The notes: generated from the letters alone by a model not told the origin. A stretch of 64,000 nucleotides of DNA from Prevotella sp. (GCA_045112595.1 JBGUIA010000046.1:17531-81530); one strand, 5' to 3'; positions 21,863 through 31,833 are shown, numbered from the stretch's first letter. Numbers and translations are program-made.

Positions 21863-23365
21863 ATGGAACAAGCTACATTTCTGAAAATTAATCCCGCCGA
21901 CAGTGTTGTCGTATGTCTCTCACCCAAAAAGAAGGGTGACATCATCGCCGTCGACGGCAAGCAAATCACGTTGAATCAGGATACTCCTGCAGGTCACAAA
22001 GTACTCATCACCGACGTCAAGGAAGGCGACGACATCATCAAGTACGGCTACCCCATCGGACACGCCCGTCAGGATATGAAGGCCGGCGACTGGGTCAACG
22101 AAAACAATCTCAAGACCAACCTCAGCGGCACGCTCGAATACACTTATCAGCCTGTCGGTGCTTGGGAAGGGTCAACGTTCAAAGGTCAAAAGTCAACGTT
22201 CAAGGGTTATGTCCGCAAGAATGGTGACGTCGGCGTGCGCAACGAGATATGGATTGTGCCCACCGTCGGCTGCGTCAATGGCATTGCTGAAAACCTTGCC
22301 CACCGTCTGATGATGGAAACCGGTGGACGTGACGTCGACGCCATCTGGACCTGGCACCACAACTACGGCTGCTCGCAGCTCTCCGAGGACCACGAAAACA
22401 CCCGCAAGGTGCTGCGCGACATCTGTCTCCATCCCAATGCCGGCGGTGTGCTCGTGCTCAGCCTCGGTTGTGAGAATAACCAGCCCGAGGACTTCATGGC
22501 CATGCTTGGCGACTACGACAAGTCACGTATCAAGCTGCTCGTCACCCAGCGCGTCGAAGGCGACGAGATAGAGGCTGGCATGCAGATTCTCCGCGAACTC
22601 TATGCCCAGGCCGCACAGGACAAGCGCGAGGACGTTCCCGTCTCCAAGCTCCGCGTCGGTTTGAAGTGCGGTGGCTCCGACGGCTTCAGCGGCATCACCG
22701 CCAATCCCCTCGTCGGCGAATTCTCCGACTGGCTCGTGGCTCAGGGCGGCACTAGCGTGCTCACCGAAGTTCCCGAGATGTTCGGTGCCGAGACCATCCT
22801 CATGAACCGTTGCGAGACCCCCGAACTGTTCCAGCAGACCGTCTCGATGATCAACAATTTCAAGAACTATTTCCTCTCCCACGGTGAACCCGTCGGCGAG
22901 AATCCATCGCCAGGCAACAAGGCCGGCGGCATCTCCACCCTCGAGGACAAAGCCCTCGGCTGCACCCAGAAGTGTGGCAAGGCACCCGTCAGCGGTGTCA
23001 TGGAGTATGGCGACCGCCTCACCGCCAATGGTCTCAACCTGCTCTCGGCTCCCGGCAACGACCTCGTAGCCTCCACGGCCCTCGCCTCCTGCGGCTGCCA
23101 TATCGTGCTCTTCACCACCGGTCGCGGCACGCCCTTCGGCACCTTCGTGCCCACCATGAAGGTCGCCACCAACCCCGTGCTCGCCAAGAACAAGCCCCAC
23201 TGGGTTGATTTCTCCGCCGGACAGCTCGTTGAAGGTCGCACCATGCAGGAACTCGTTCCCGAATTCATCGACAAGGTCCTTGCCGTCGCCTCTGGCGAAA
23301 AGGCCCGCAACGAAGAGAACGGCTACCGCGAGATCTCCATCTTCAAAAACGGCGTCACGCTTTAA
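21863..23365 (+). CDS. uxaA: Altronate dehydratase
   Basis: SAF domain GHKV...IIKYGYPIG; GCSQL, LGCENN, KCGGSDGFSG, NPSPGNKAGG, FTTGRGTP. Confidence 0.93.
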   Translation: MEQATFLKINPADSVVVCLSPKKKGDIIAVDGKQITLNQDTPAGHKVLITDVKEGDDIIKYGYPIGHARQDMKAGDWVNENNLKTNLSGTLEYTYQPVGAWEGSTFKGQKSTFKGYVRKNGDVGVRNEIWIVPTVGCVNGIAENLAHRLMMETGGRDVDAIWTWHHNYGCSQLSEDHENTRKVLRDICLHPNAGGVLVLSLGCENNQPEDFMAMLGDYDKSRIKLLVTQRVEGDEIEAGMQILRELYAQAAQDKREDVPVSKLRVGLKCGGSDGFSGITANPLVGEFSDWLVAQGGTSVLTEVPEMFGAETILMNRCETPELFQQTVSMINNFKNYFLSHGEPVGENPSPGNKAGGISTLEDKALGCTQKCGKAPVSGVMEYGDRLTANGLNLLSAPGNDLVASTALASCGCHIVLFTTGRGTPFGTFVPTMKVATNPVLAKNKPHWVDFSAGQLVEGRTMQELVPEFIDKVLAVASGEKARNEENGYREISIFKNGVTL

Positions 23366-23370
23366 ATCAC

Positions 23371-23402
23371 TAATCCCTGGACGTTTGTACGCCCAGGGAT
23401 TA
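23371..23402. terminator. Hairpin between convergent uxaA and ABC permease genes (probable bidirectional terminator)
   Basis: TAATCCCTGGACGT-TTGT-ACGCCCAGGGATTA, 14-bp stem with one mismatch. Confidence 0.65.
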
Positions 23403-23445
23403 CTCTCCTTATCTTTTTATCGCAAACGCGTAATAATTATTGATC

Positions 23446-24474
23446 TTATCGGTTTGACGTTTGGCGACCGCGGAGGATGACATAGATGATGACGGGAGCA
23501 CCGATGAGGGGTGTGACGGCGTTGAGGGGGATGACGCCAAGGGTGCCGGGGAGGAAGCACAGGACGTTGCACAACAGGGCAACGACGGCGCCGGTGAGCA
23601 TGGTGGCAGGCATGAGGAGACGATGGTTGTCGGTATGGAACAGCAGGCGTGCGATATGTGGCACGGCAAGTCCGATGAATGCCACGGGACCGCAGAAGGC
23701 GGTGACGATGGCGGTGAGCAGTCCGGTGATGACGAGGAGCCAGTTACGGACGCGGATGATGTTGACGCCGAGGTTCTCGGCATAGCGGTCGCCGAGCATG
23801 AGGGCGTTAAGGGGTTTGATGAGCAGCAGGGCTGCGAAGAGTGCCGCGACGGTGACCAGCGAGAACCATGGCAGCATCTGGGTGGAGACGCCGCTGAAGG
23901 AGCCCATGCCCCAAACCATGTAGGAACGCACGCCTTCGTCGGTGGCAAAGAAATTGAGCAGCGAGACGGCGGAATTGGAGATGTAGCCTATCATGATGCC
24001 GATGATGAGGAGCATAACGCTATTGCGCACCATGGTGGAAAAGAGGAAGATGAGCAGCATGACGGCCATGGCACCCACGAAGGCGGCGGCAAGGACGGCG
24101 ACAAAGCCCGTGACAGAGACGCTGCCCGCCGAGAAGCTGCCCCCGAGCCAGAGCATAACCAGGGCGACACCGAGTCCGGCACCGCTGTTGATACCAAAGA
24201 CACTGGGGCCTGCAAGGGGATTGCGGAAGGCCGTCTGGAGCATGAGTCCGCTGACGGCCAGTGCACTGCCCGCGAGTAGGGCTGTGAGGGCCTGCGGCAG
24301 TCGCGACTGTAGGATGATGAATCGCCACGAGGGCTTGACGGCTTCGTCGTCACCCAAGAGGATGCGCACGACGTCGTCGGCAGGAATGGACACGGAGCCC
24401 ACAAGGATGTTGAGGACGAAGAGCAATGCGATGAGCACTGCGAGGAGGATGCAATATGTGGCGCCTTTATTCAT
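23446..24474 (-). CDS. FecCD/BtuC-family ABC transporter permease
   Basis: SRLPQA, QTAFRNPLAGPSVFGINSGA, GPVAFIGLAVPHIAR. Confidence 0.9.
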   Translation of the reverse strand: MNKGATYCILLAVLIALLFVLNILVGSVSIPADDVVRILLGDDEAVKPSWRFIILQSRLPQALTALLAGSALAVSGLMLQTAFRNPLAGPSVFGINSGAGLGVALVMLWLGGSFSAGSVSVTGFVAVLAAAFVGAMAVMLLIFLFSTMVRNSVMLLIIGIMIGYISNSAVSLLNFFATDEGVRSYMVWGMGSFSGVSTQMLPWFSLVTVAALFAALLLIKPLNALMLGDRYAENLGVNIIRVRNWLLVITGLLTAIVTAFCGPVAFIGLAVPHIARLLFHTDNHRLLMPATMLTGAVVALLCNVLCFLPGTLGVIPLNAVTPLIGAPVIIYVILRGRQTSNR

Positions 24475-25588
24475 CGAGCAGGGTGAAATAACGTAGAGAA
24501 GCGTCGGACTGCAGGTCGGGATGCAGCAGGAGGATGAAGTCGGACAGAAGATAGTCGGGACGGAAGGGCGTCTCCTCGTAGAACGGCGTCTGTTCGACAT
24601 TGCAGGCATAGACCTGACGCTGGCGACAAGCCTTCAGCTGGTCGTAGCCGCGGTGTTCGCTGAGCAGTTCGCGGTAGTTGGTGGGATGGTAGGAGGAATA
24701 GCGGTAGAACCACACGTCGGCTTCCCCACCCTGTTCCAGGACGGCCTCGAAGGGCAATGACAGCGAGCCGCTATGGTCGTCGGCAGCCCACGGATAGCGC
24801 CCATTGGCGTCGCGAACCATCTGACCGAGCGTGCTACGACCACCGGGGACGTACCACACGGAACCGACCATCTTGTCGATGAGTGCCTCGCGACCCTTGC
24901 CGGCCTTTGCGGCCTGGGCTTTCAGCGTCTGGTAGTGTTCATCGACGACCTGGAAGAGGCTGTCGGCCTTGTCGTATTCACCGAAGAGCAGTCCGTAGAA
25001 CTTCATCCACTCGGCACGTGCCAGTGGCGACGGTTCCATATATTCCGCACATTCGACGAGCGGGATGTCGATATCCTCGAGTTTGCCGTAGCCACCACTA
25101 TTCTCGAAAGGCGAGAGCATGATGACGTCGGGCTTGACGTCGATGATGCGCTCGACGGTGGGGTTCATGCCGCCACCGCAGTCGGCGATATGTCCTTCGC
25201 GCACGCGCTGTTGTACGTAAGGTATCTTGATGTACTTCAGATCGGCAACGGCAGCGATGCGTTCGCCGAGGCCGAGCGTCGTGAGCAGCGAGCAATGGAC
25301 GGTGGTGAACACCGCAGCATGCTGGACGGGGGTACGGACGACGGAACCGTGGGGCATATCGTCGGGCAGCGACTGTCCGCGGGGTACGAGCAGATAGGAA
25401 TGGAGCACCCTACCCTCTTTCCACGGATTGCGGATGACGGCCTCGGTATAGCCGTCGTGCCTCACGATGGTGAGCAGCGAGGCATACTTGAGCTGGAGGG
25501 TATCGCCACCAGCCTGTGGTGAGCTTTGACGCCCACCACAGGACAGCAGTGACACGATGAGGAGGAGTGCTCCTATGATCTGTTTCAT
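24467..25588 (-). CDS. ABC transporter substrate-binding lipoprotein (BtuF/FecB-like)
   Basis: Lipobox LLSC; ERIIDVKPDVI, EPSPLARAEWMKFYG, RPDYLLSDF. Confidence 0.88.
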   Translation of the reverse strand: MKQIIGALLLIVSLLSCGGRQSSPQAGGDTLQLKYASLLTIVRHDGYTEAVIRNPWKEGRVLHSYLLVPRGQSLPDDMPHGSVVRTPVQHAAVFTTVHCSLLTTLGLGERIAAVADLKYIKIPYVQQRVREGHIADCGGGMNPTVERIIDVKPDVIMLSPFENSGGYGKLEDIDIPLVECAEYMEPSPLARAEWMKFYGLLFGEYDKADSLFQVVDEHYQTLKAQAAKAGKGREALIDKMVGSVWYVPGGRSTLGQMVRDANGRYPWAADDHSGSLSLPFEAVLEQGGEADVWFYRYSSYHPTNYRELLSEHRGYDQLKACRQRQVYACNVEQTPFYEETPFRPDYLLSDFILLLHPDLQSDASLRYFTLLDE

Positions 25589-26778
25589 TAATTACCTACT
25601 GTCTTCACTTCGTAAGAAAAGGCGAAGGCGTGAGGCTCAACGCCTGTAGCGTAGGAAGTGCTACCCAACAACTCGCCCGTAGGACTGTAAACATTGACAA
25701 AGCCCGGCGTGTTATAGCTGGGATAACCCGTAGTGGCATCTATGTTGCGAGAAGCAATAAAGATGTAGGCCGTGTTGGGGTCGATGGCAATAGCGCAGGG
25801 ACTCTTAATGGGATTGCCGCCAGTGAATGTGACTGAGTTCAGCACATTGTAATTGATGTCGTACTGGCTGAAACTGGGCTCGCTTTTACCGTAAGGATAG
25901 TTGAAGGTAAGGATGGTGGAGCCGTAGGTAGCCATGCCTGTAGCGTCGGGAATGATCTTGCTGACGACATTGCCGCCGATGGTGCTGCTAATCCTATAGA
26001 CACCGGCATCGAGCTGGTTCCAGTTCTCGTCGTAATAACCCCAGTCGAGTACGTAGATGTCGGTACTGGAACCGCTACCGGCAACAGCCAGTTCCTGCGG
26101 ATTGTGGATCTTCTCGTCCTTGATTTCGGTGATTTCACCATTATTGATATTGATGATGCTGATGGAGCCATTGCCCATGCCGTAGTCGCTGTTGGCAACA
26201 TAGAGGTAGAGTGCCGACTCGCTTCCGCCAAAGGCCATGCCCTCAGGAGCGGAACCGACCTTATATTTTTTTGTGATGCTTAACGACGTGGTATCGACAA
26301 CGGCCACATAACCTCCGTAGGTTGTCACATACACCTTGTCGGCATAACCAATCAGGTGGCGTGGGTTAACACCCTCGACAGTACCCAGCGCATCGGTAGT
26401 GCTGATGCGAGTAATCTGCTTGAAGGTCTTTTTGTTGAGCACGAAGACGGTATTCTCGTCGCAACCGGCAATATAGATTTTGTCGCCATGCACGATGACG
26501 TCGTTAGGCGTACCGCCCAGACTCAGGCCATTAGCAGACTTATAGACGTTCTGCTGGACACCGATGGGATTCGTGCTGAAGTCCAGGAAGGTCAGGCTTC
26601 CGTCGATGCCGGAGCTGACACTGCCGTTGTTGATGATCAGTGCACCGCTGGTGGCAAGATATGCTCCACCGCCAGAGTTAGAGTTGTTGTCGTCATCATT
26701 CGAACATGCCGTGAGGAAGGCTGCGCCCATCATCACCACGGCGAAACTTAAAAGATACTTTTTCATGTTGTTAATCAT
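25588..26778 (-). CDS. Surface lipoprotein, YncE/BtuG-like beta-propeller
   Basis: Lipobox LTAC followed by an acidic export signal (SNDDDN); propeller repeats (NPRHL..., VGSAPEGM, YVANS); immediately downstream of the TonB receptor. Confidence 0.75.
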   Translation of the reverse strand: MINNMKKYLLSFAVVMMGAAFLTACSNDDDNNSNSGGGAYLATSGALIINNGSVSSGIDGSLTFLDFSTNPIGVQQNVYKSANGLSLGGTPNDVIVHGDKIYIAGCDENTVFVLNKKTFKQITRISTTDALGTVEGVNPRHLIGYADKVYVTTYGGYVAVVDTTSLSITKKYKVGSAPEGMAFGGSESALYLYVANSDYGMGNGSISIININNGEITEIKDEKIHNPQELAVAGSGSSTDIYVLDWGYYDENWNQLDAGVYRISSTIGGNVVSKIIPDATGMATYGSTILTFNYPYGKSEPSFSQYDINYNVLNSVTFTGGNPIKSPCAIAIDPNTAYIFIASRNIDATTGYPSYNTPGFVNVYSPTGELLGSTSYATGVEPHAFAFSYEVKTVGN

Positions 26779-26794
26779 TTAATATGTTAATGAA

Positions 26795-28783
26795 TTAAAG
26801 TTGATATTTCACTGATAACTGCCAGCTACGGCCGGGCATGGGATAGAAACGCACGATTTCGTACTGACGGTCGAAGATGTTCTTGAGGTCAAAGCGGGCT
26901 TCCAAGGACTGGCTTCCCCAATGGAAGGTGTGCCAGGCGGTAACGCCCGTGTCCCAATAACCGTCAATGAGGGTGTCATCGTAGTGTTGGTTGTTGGCCC
27001 AGCGACTGCTCACACCCGAACCGTGGAGCGAGAGGCTCACCCAGGGATTCTCCCAACCCACGGAGATGCTGCCCGTATGGCGGGGAATGTAGGCAATCTG
27101 ATTGCCATAGTAGGGCGACAGGTCGTTGGTGCGGTCCTCGGCCTGCTGATAGCTGTAGTTGCCGGTCAGCAGGAGGTGGTGACGGTCGTTGAGGGCGTAG
27201 TCGGCCCTTGCAGTAGCCTCGGCACCTATGACGCGCACCTTTCCAACGTTGATGCAGGTCCATACGAACATGTTGAACGGCACGGCCACAATCATGTCTT
27301 TCACCCTGTTGTAATAGCCGTCGAGGGATGTCTGAAGGGTGAATGCCGCCGTGTGGTATTGATATGTTGCGCCCAGATTCAGCTGGTCGGTGCTCTCGGG
27401 CAAGAGGTCGGAACTGCCGTAGTGGAAATAGTAGCTCTCGTTGAACGTGGGTGAACGGAAGATGTTCTTATAGGACGCGCGAAGGAAAAGATCGCGGTCG
27501 GACAGAACTTTGTAGGAAAGCGAGACGGAGGGCGACAGCCGGCGCATGTTACGGGCACTGGCGCCCTGGGTGTTGTCATTCAGATAAAGTGAATACAACA
27601 GGCGTCCTGTCAGGGTCAGACGCCGGGTGTGATACTTGGCAGTGGCGGACTGAAGCATCGTGTGACGGTAGGGCTTGCCAACTATTGTGCGCCACGACGA
27701 GCCGTTGAGATTGTTGTAGCTGTAGTCGGCGGAATAGTCGAAGGCAAGACACTCAGTGGGAACATACAGCAAAGCTGCCGAAGCGTAATATTCACGTTGC
27801 CAGTAGCTAGCATCGTTGGCTGCATTAGGTGCTAGAACGTCCTGATAGACAGAGGCATTCCAATTGTATTTCGCGTGGACCTTCATCGACAACTGGTCGC
27901 CCCAGCGCGTCTGATACAACAACTGACCGAAGGTATTACGGTCGCGCAACGACTCACCGCTCACGTTGGTGTAATAGTGTACTTGTCCGGGCAACTGGCG
28001 GTCGTTGTCATAATAGTAAAGCTTACCCGTCAACGTGTTCACCTTATTTATATGATAGATGAAGTCCAATTCCGCGTGACTCTGGTTCATGCGGTTGTGG
28101 GTACGGCGGTCGTGCTGGATGACGGTGCCGTTCCGGATGTCGTAGGGATAATCGTTTTCGGCATAGGTATATTCGCCAACGACGCTGATGCCGAAACGGT
28201 CGGTGAGGTTCTGATGGTAACGCACAAAGGGGCTGACATAGCCGAAGGAACCGGCTTTGATTTGCGTCGTCAGGTGGGGCTTGAGGTCATTATCGGGCAT
28301 TCGCAGCGTCTGGATATGAAGTATGGCGGGTGATGAAGCCTGATGTGCGGGGATGAAGATGTCTTCGTTGTCGCCAACGGTCAGCATCAGGTGTTCCACG
28401 TTGTCCAGCGAATAACGGCTCAGGTCGATTTCACCACTCTGACACTCGGAGATCATGACACCGTCGTAACTGACGCCGGTATGTTTGGCGCTGAAACCAC
28501 GTACCGACACCGTCTTCATGCCCCCTGCCCCACCATAGTCGCGAAGGGTGATGCCAGGCAGACGATGAAGGGCATCGGCCATATCGGTCACACCCATCGT
28601 CAGCATGTCGCCACGATCCAGCAGGCGTATCGGAGCCGTACTCGTCAGCGTGTGCTGGCGTCGGGACTCGGTGACGGTAACCTCGTCCAACTGGTGTATC
28701 CGGCTGGTAATAGTGTCCGTTTGTGCCACAGCACATAATGACAACATCCATAGTATGAAAAACGTAAAACTTTTCATTCCCAT
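26795..28783 (-). CDS. TonB-dependent receptor, BtuB-like
   Basis: LDEVTVT TonB-box-like segment, plug motif LPGITLRDYGGAGGMKTVSVRG, C-terminal KNIFDRQY...PMPGRSW. Confidence 0.88.
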   Translation of the reverse strand: MGMKSFTFFILWMLSLCAVAQTDTITSRIHQLDEVTVTESRRQHTLTSTAPIRLLDRGDMLTMGVTDMADALHRLPGITLRDYGGAGGMKTVSVRGFSAKHTGVSYDGVMISECQSGEIDLSRYSLDNVEHLMLTVGDNEDIFIPAHQASSPAILHIQTLRMPDNDLKPHLTTQIKAGSFGYVSPFVRYHQNLTDRFGISVVGEYTYAENDYPYDIRNGTVIQHDRRTHNRMNQSHAELDFIYHINKVNTLTGKLYYYDNDRQLPGQVHYYTNVSGESLRDRNTFGQLLYQTRWGDQLSMKVHAKYNWNASVYQDVLAPNAANDASYWQREYYASAALLYVPTECLAFDYSADYSYNNLNGSSWRTIVGKPYRHTMLQSATAKYHTRRLTLTGRLLYSLYLNDNTQGASARNMRRLSPSVSLSYKVLSDRDLFLRASYKNIFRSPTFNESYYFHYGSSDLLPESTDQLNLGATYQYHTAAFTLQTSLDGYYNRVKDMIVAVPFNMFVWTCINVGKVRVIGAEATARADYALNDRHHLLLTGNYSYQQAEDRTNDLSPYYGNQIAYIPRHTGSISVGWENPWVSLSLHGSGVSSRWANNQHYDDTLIDGYWDTGVTAWHTFHWGSQSLEARFDLKNIFDRQYEIVRFYPMPGRSWQLSVKYQL

Positions 28784-28797
28784 GCATAAAACGCCTG

Positions 28798-28805
28798 CAA
28801 AGGTA
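28798..28805 (-). promoter_or_regulatory. -7 promoter box for the TonB receptor operon
   Basis: TACCTTTG on the minus strand, about 15 nt upstream of the start codon. Confidence 0.55.
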
Positions 28806-28858
28806 ATATTTTTCGACTAAACAGCCAAATTTTTGGGGATAATGTTTGGCAACAACAC

Positions 28859-28917
28859 TTTACCGGCACTAAACCTCGACTTTGGTGGCGGTAAAGTCTG
28901 AGTTTAGTGCCGGTAAA
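28859..28917. repeat. Palindromic element with 16-bp perfect arms and 22-bp periodicity
   Basis: TTTACCGGCACTAAAC (28859-28874) ... GTTTAGTGCCGGTAAA (28902-28917). Confidence 0.8.
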
Positions 28918-28972
28918 ATGGATTGCAACGCCATACTCCGCCAAAGCGGAGAATGGTATTATCTGAGAGGAA

Positions 28973-29575
28973 TCAGTCGAGACCGAAGAGAACCTTCAAT
29001 CCGCCATCGACGCCTGAGAAGCCCATGAAGGCAAGGCTCAGCAATCCGGCGGAGAGCATGACGATGGCCATGCCCTGCATGCCCTTGGGAATCTTCACCA
29101 GTTCAAGCTGCTCGCGCATGCCGGCAAAGACGGTCAGTGCCAGTCCGAAGCCGATGGCCGTTGAGAAGGCGTAGACGACCGACTGTAGCAGGTTGAAGTC
29201 TTTCTGGATAACCAGAATAGCCACACCGAGCACGGCGCAGTTGGTGGTGATGAGCGGCAGGAAGATGCCGAGTGCCTGATAGAGAGCAGGCGACACCTTT
29301 TTGAGGATAATCTCGACCATCTGCACCAGCGATGCAATGACGAGAATGAAGGCAATGGTCTGCAGATATTGCAGTCCGTTGGGCTCCAACACGTAGGTTT
29401 GTACCAGCCATGTAACGATGGTAGCCAGCGTCAGCACGAATGCCACAGCGGCGGACATACCGAGTGAGGTATCGACCTTCTTCGATACGCCGAGGAACGG
29501 ACAAATGCCGAGGAACTGCGACAGGATGATATTGTTGACGAATATCGCGCTAATGAAAATCAAAATATATTCCAT
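28973..29575 (-). CDS. rnfA: Rnf complex subunit A
   Basis: NNIILSQFLGICPFLGVS, LGIFLPLITTNCAVLG. Confidence 0.95.
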   Translation of the reverse strand: MEYILIFISAIFVNNIILSQFLGICPFLGVSKKVDTSLGMSAAVAFVLTLATIVTWLVQTYVLEPNGLQYLQTIAFILVIASLVQMVEIILKKVSPALYQALGIFLPLITTNCAVLGVAILVIQKDFNLLQSVVYAFSTAIGFGLALTVFAGMREQLELVKIPKGMQGMAIVMLSAGLLSLAFMGFSGVDGGLKVLFGLD

Positions 29576-29604
29576 AATCTATTCGGTATTACGTTATATC
29601 GTTA

Positions 29605-30186
29605 TTACGACCTTAACTTGTTGACAATCGCAATGAGGAATCCCAACATGATGAAAGCACCCGGAGGGAGCACGAAGAGCAGGATGTTGTAGGTCTCGGG
29701 CAACAGCGTGAAGCCGAAGACGGAACCGGAACCCAGCACCTCGCGGCAGATGCCCAGCAGCGTCAGACCGAGGGTGAAGCCGAGGCCGATGCCGATGCCG
29801 TCAAACAGCGAGGCAACGGGAGAGTTTTTGCTGGCAAAACCCTCAGCACGACCAAGGATGATGCAGTTTACGACAATCAAGGGAATAAACAGTCCCAGCG
29901 CGGCATCGATGTCAGGCAGATAGGCCTTGATGACCAGTTGCAACATCGTCACAAAGGCGGCGATGACAACAATGAATACGGGGATGCGCACCTTGTCGGG
30001 GGTAACGCTCTTCAGGCACGAAATCACAACATTGGTGCAGATGAGCACGGCCATCGTTGCCAAGCCCATCGACATACCGTTCATGGCAGAGGTGGTAGTG
30101 GCCAGCGTGGGACACATACCGAGCATCAGGACGAACGTGGGGTTCTCCTTGACGATGCCATTTTTGATGATACTTATATAATTCAT
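29605..30186 (-). CDS. rnfE: Rnf complex subunit E
   Basis: ENPTFVLMLGMCPTLA, LFIPLIVVNCIILGRAE, LPPGAF. Confidence 0.95.
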   Translation of the reverse strand: MNYISIIKNGIVKENPTFVLMLGMCPTLATTTSAMNGMSMGLATMAVLICTNVVISCLKSVTPDKVRIPVFIVVIAAFVTMLQLVIKAYLPDIDAALGLFIPLIVVNCIILGRAEGFASKNSPVASLFDGIGIGLGFTLGLTLLGICREVLGSGSVFGFTLLPETYNILLFVLPPGAFIMLGFLIAIVNKLRS

Positions 30187-30226
30187 AGTAATTTTCGTTA
30201 TTTCGTTATTTCGGTATAACGAGACA

Positions 30227-30844
30227 TTATTCTTGTTTCGTTGCTCCGGTCTCGCCGTCGACGGGCGTCGTCTTGTAGGCGTTGTAAGCGTTGTTGATAG
30301 CCAAGAGGAAGGCACGGCTGGTAATGGTCGAGGCCGTGATGGCATCCACCTGACCACCGTCCTTCGAAACGGTCAGCGGTTCCTTAGGATCTTTACCGAT
30401 GATATCGCCCTTTTGGTCCTTCTGGAACCATTTGTCGGCCTTGGCACCCAAGCCCGGTGTCTCAGCATGTTCGAGCAGTGTATAACCCAAAATCTTGCCT
30501 TCTGGGTCGAAACCGACAAGGACTTTCAGATCGCCACCGAAGCCCATCGTGGTACTCTCGACAGCGGCACCGAGGTCCTTACCTTGAGCGTCCTGAATCT
30601 GATAGACGGTGAACGTCATTTCCTTGCCCTTGGCGTCGTTCTGCTTTACCTCGTCGGTCTTTGCCACCTTGAGGTCGTTGCACGCCATGACAGCCTTGAT
30701 GCCGTCGGCCAGAGCCTTTTCTTTCTGTTCAGCAATGGGGCCCTCGGTGAGATGGTTCACAAACGCGAGGATGCCACCCATGATGACTGCTACCAACGTC
30801 AGTACCAGCACCATATTCATTAAAGATGATTCAAGTTTCTTCAT
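30227..30844 (-). CDS. rnfG: Rnf complex subunit G
   Basis: ETPGLG, FMN-attachment-like motif DAITASTITS. Confidence 0.93.
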   Translation of the reverse strand: MKKLESSLMNMVLVLTLVAVIMGGILAFVNHLTEGPIAEQKEKALADGIKAVMACNDLKVAKTDEVKQNDAKGKEMTFTVYQIQDAQGKDLGAAVESTTMGFGGDLKVLVGFDPEGKILGYTLLEHAETPGLGAKADKWFQKDQKGDIIGKDPKEPLTVSKDGGQVDAITASTITSRAFLLAINNAYNAYKTTPVDGETGATKQE

Positions 30845-31833
30845 TTTGCGACCTCCCCGAAACGTTTTGGTTTGACATAAGTGTTAATAAGAGGCGTGAA
30901 TGCGTTCATGATGAGAATGGCGAACGACATACCCTCGGGATAGGCACCCCAGTTGCGGATAACGACAGTAAGCACACCGATGGCAACACCGTAGATAAGC
31001 TGACCTTTGGCGGTCATCGGGCTCGTCACGTAGTCGGTTGCCATGAAGATGGCACCGAGCATCAGACCACCAGAGAAGATGACTGCAAACGGGTCGGCAT
31101 AGGCGGGATTAGCCAAGTGCATCAGGGCAGCAAGGATGAATACCGTAGCGATAATCGAGACGGGAATGTGCCACGTGATAATCTTCTTCCAAAGCATATA
31201 GGCCAGGCCCAGCAACAGTGCCAATGCACAAATCTCACCCATAGCGCCCGCACCGTCGGGATGGTTACCCAGGAAGAGGTCAAGCGATGAGGGCAGCTGG
31301 TCGAGAATAGATGCGTCGCCGTGCTTGATGGCTTCCTTCATAATATAAAGAGGTGTAGCACCCGTTTCAGCATCGAGATAACTTGTAAGCTGACCAACCT
31401 TCGGCCAAGTAGTCATCTGGGCAGGGAAGGCAACCAACAGGGCTGCACGACCCACCAATGCGGGATTGAAGAGATTATTGCCCAGTCCGCCGAACGTCAT
31501 CTTAGCCACACCGATGGCGAACAGCGCACCGATGATGATAATCCAGATGGGGAGGTTGCTGGGGAGGTTGAAACCGAGCAGCAAACCAGTCAGGATGGCT
31601 GAGCCGTCGCAAACGGTCTTGCGCTCGTTCTTCATCATAAACTTATTGATGGCCCACTCGAAAAAGACGCAGGCCGCAACACTCGTAGCACAGACAATGG
31701 CCGAGCCAATGCCGAAGAAATAGAACGACACGAGCAAAGCAGGTATGAGGGCAATGATGACCCCGTACATGTTTTTCTCAACGGTGTCAGTTCCGTGTGC
31801 GTGAGGCGATAGTGATACAATTAATTTTCCCAT
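30841..31833 (-). CDS. rnfD: Rnf complex subunit D
   Basis: FGGLGNNLFNPALVG, FMN motif TGATPL, FMATDYVTSP. Confidence 0.95.
   Translation of the reverse strand: MGKLIVSLSPHAHGTDTVEKNMYGVIIALIPALLVSFYFFGIGSAIVCATSVAACVFFEWAINKFMMKNERKTVCDGSAILTGLLLGFNLPSNLPIWIIIIGALFAIGVAKMTFGGLGNNLFNPALVGRAALLVAFPAQMTTWPKVGQLTSYLDAETGATPLYIMKEAIKHGDASILDQLPSSLDLFLGNHPDGAGAMGEICALALLLGLAYMLWKKIITWHIPVSIIATVFILAALMHLANPAYADPFAVIFSGGLMLGAIFMATDYVTSPMTAKGQLIYGVAIGVLTVVIRNWGAYPEGMSFAILIMNAFTPLINTYVKPKRFGEVAK

Noticed and set aside
28784-28972. Cobalamin riboswitch upstream of the BtuB-like gene
   Set aside because: No recognisable B12-box consensus; the region is occupied by a promoter box, a palindrome and a small hairpin element.
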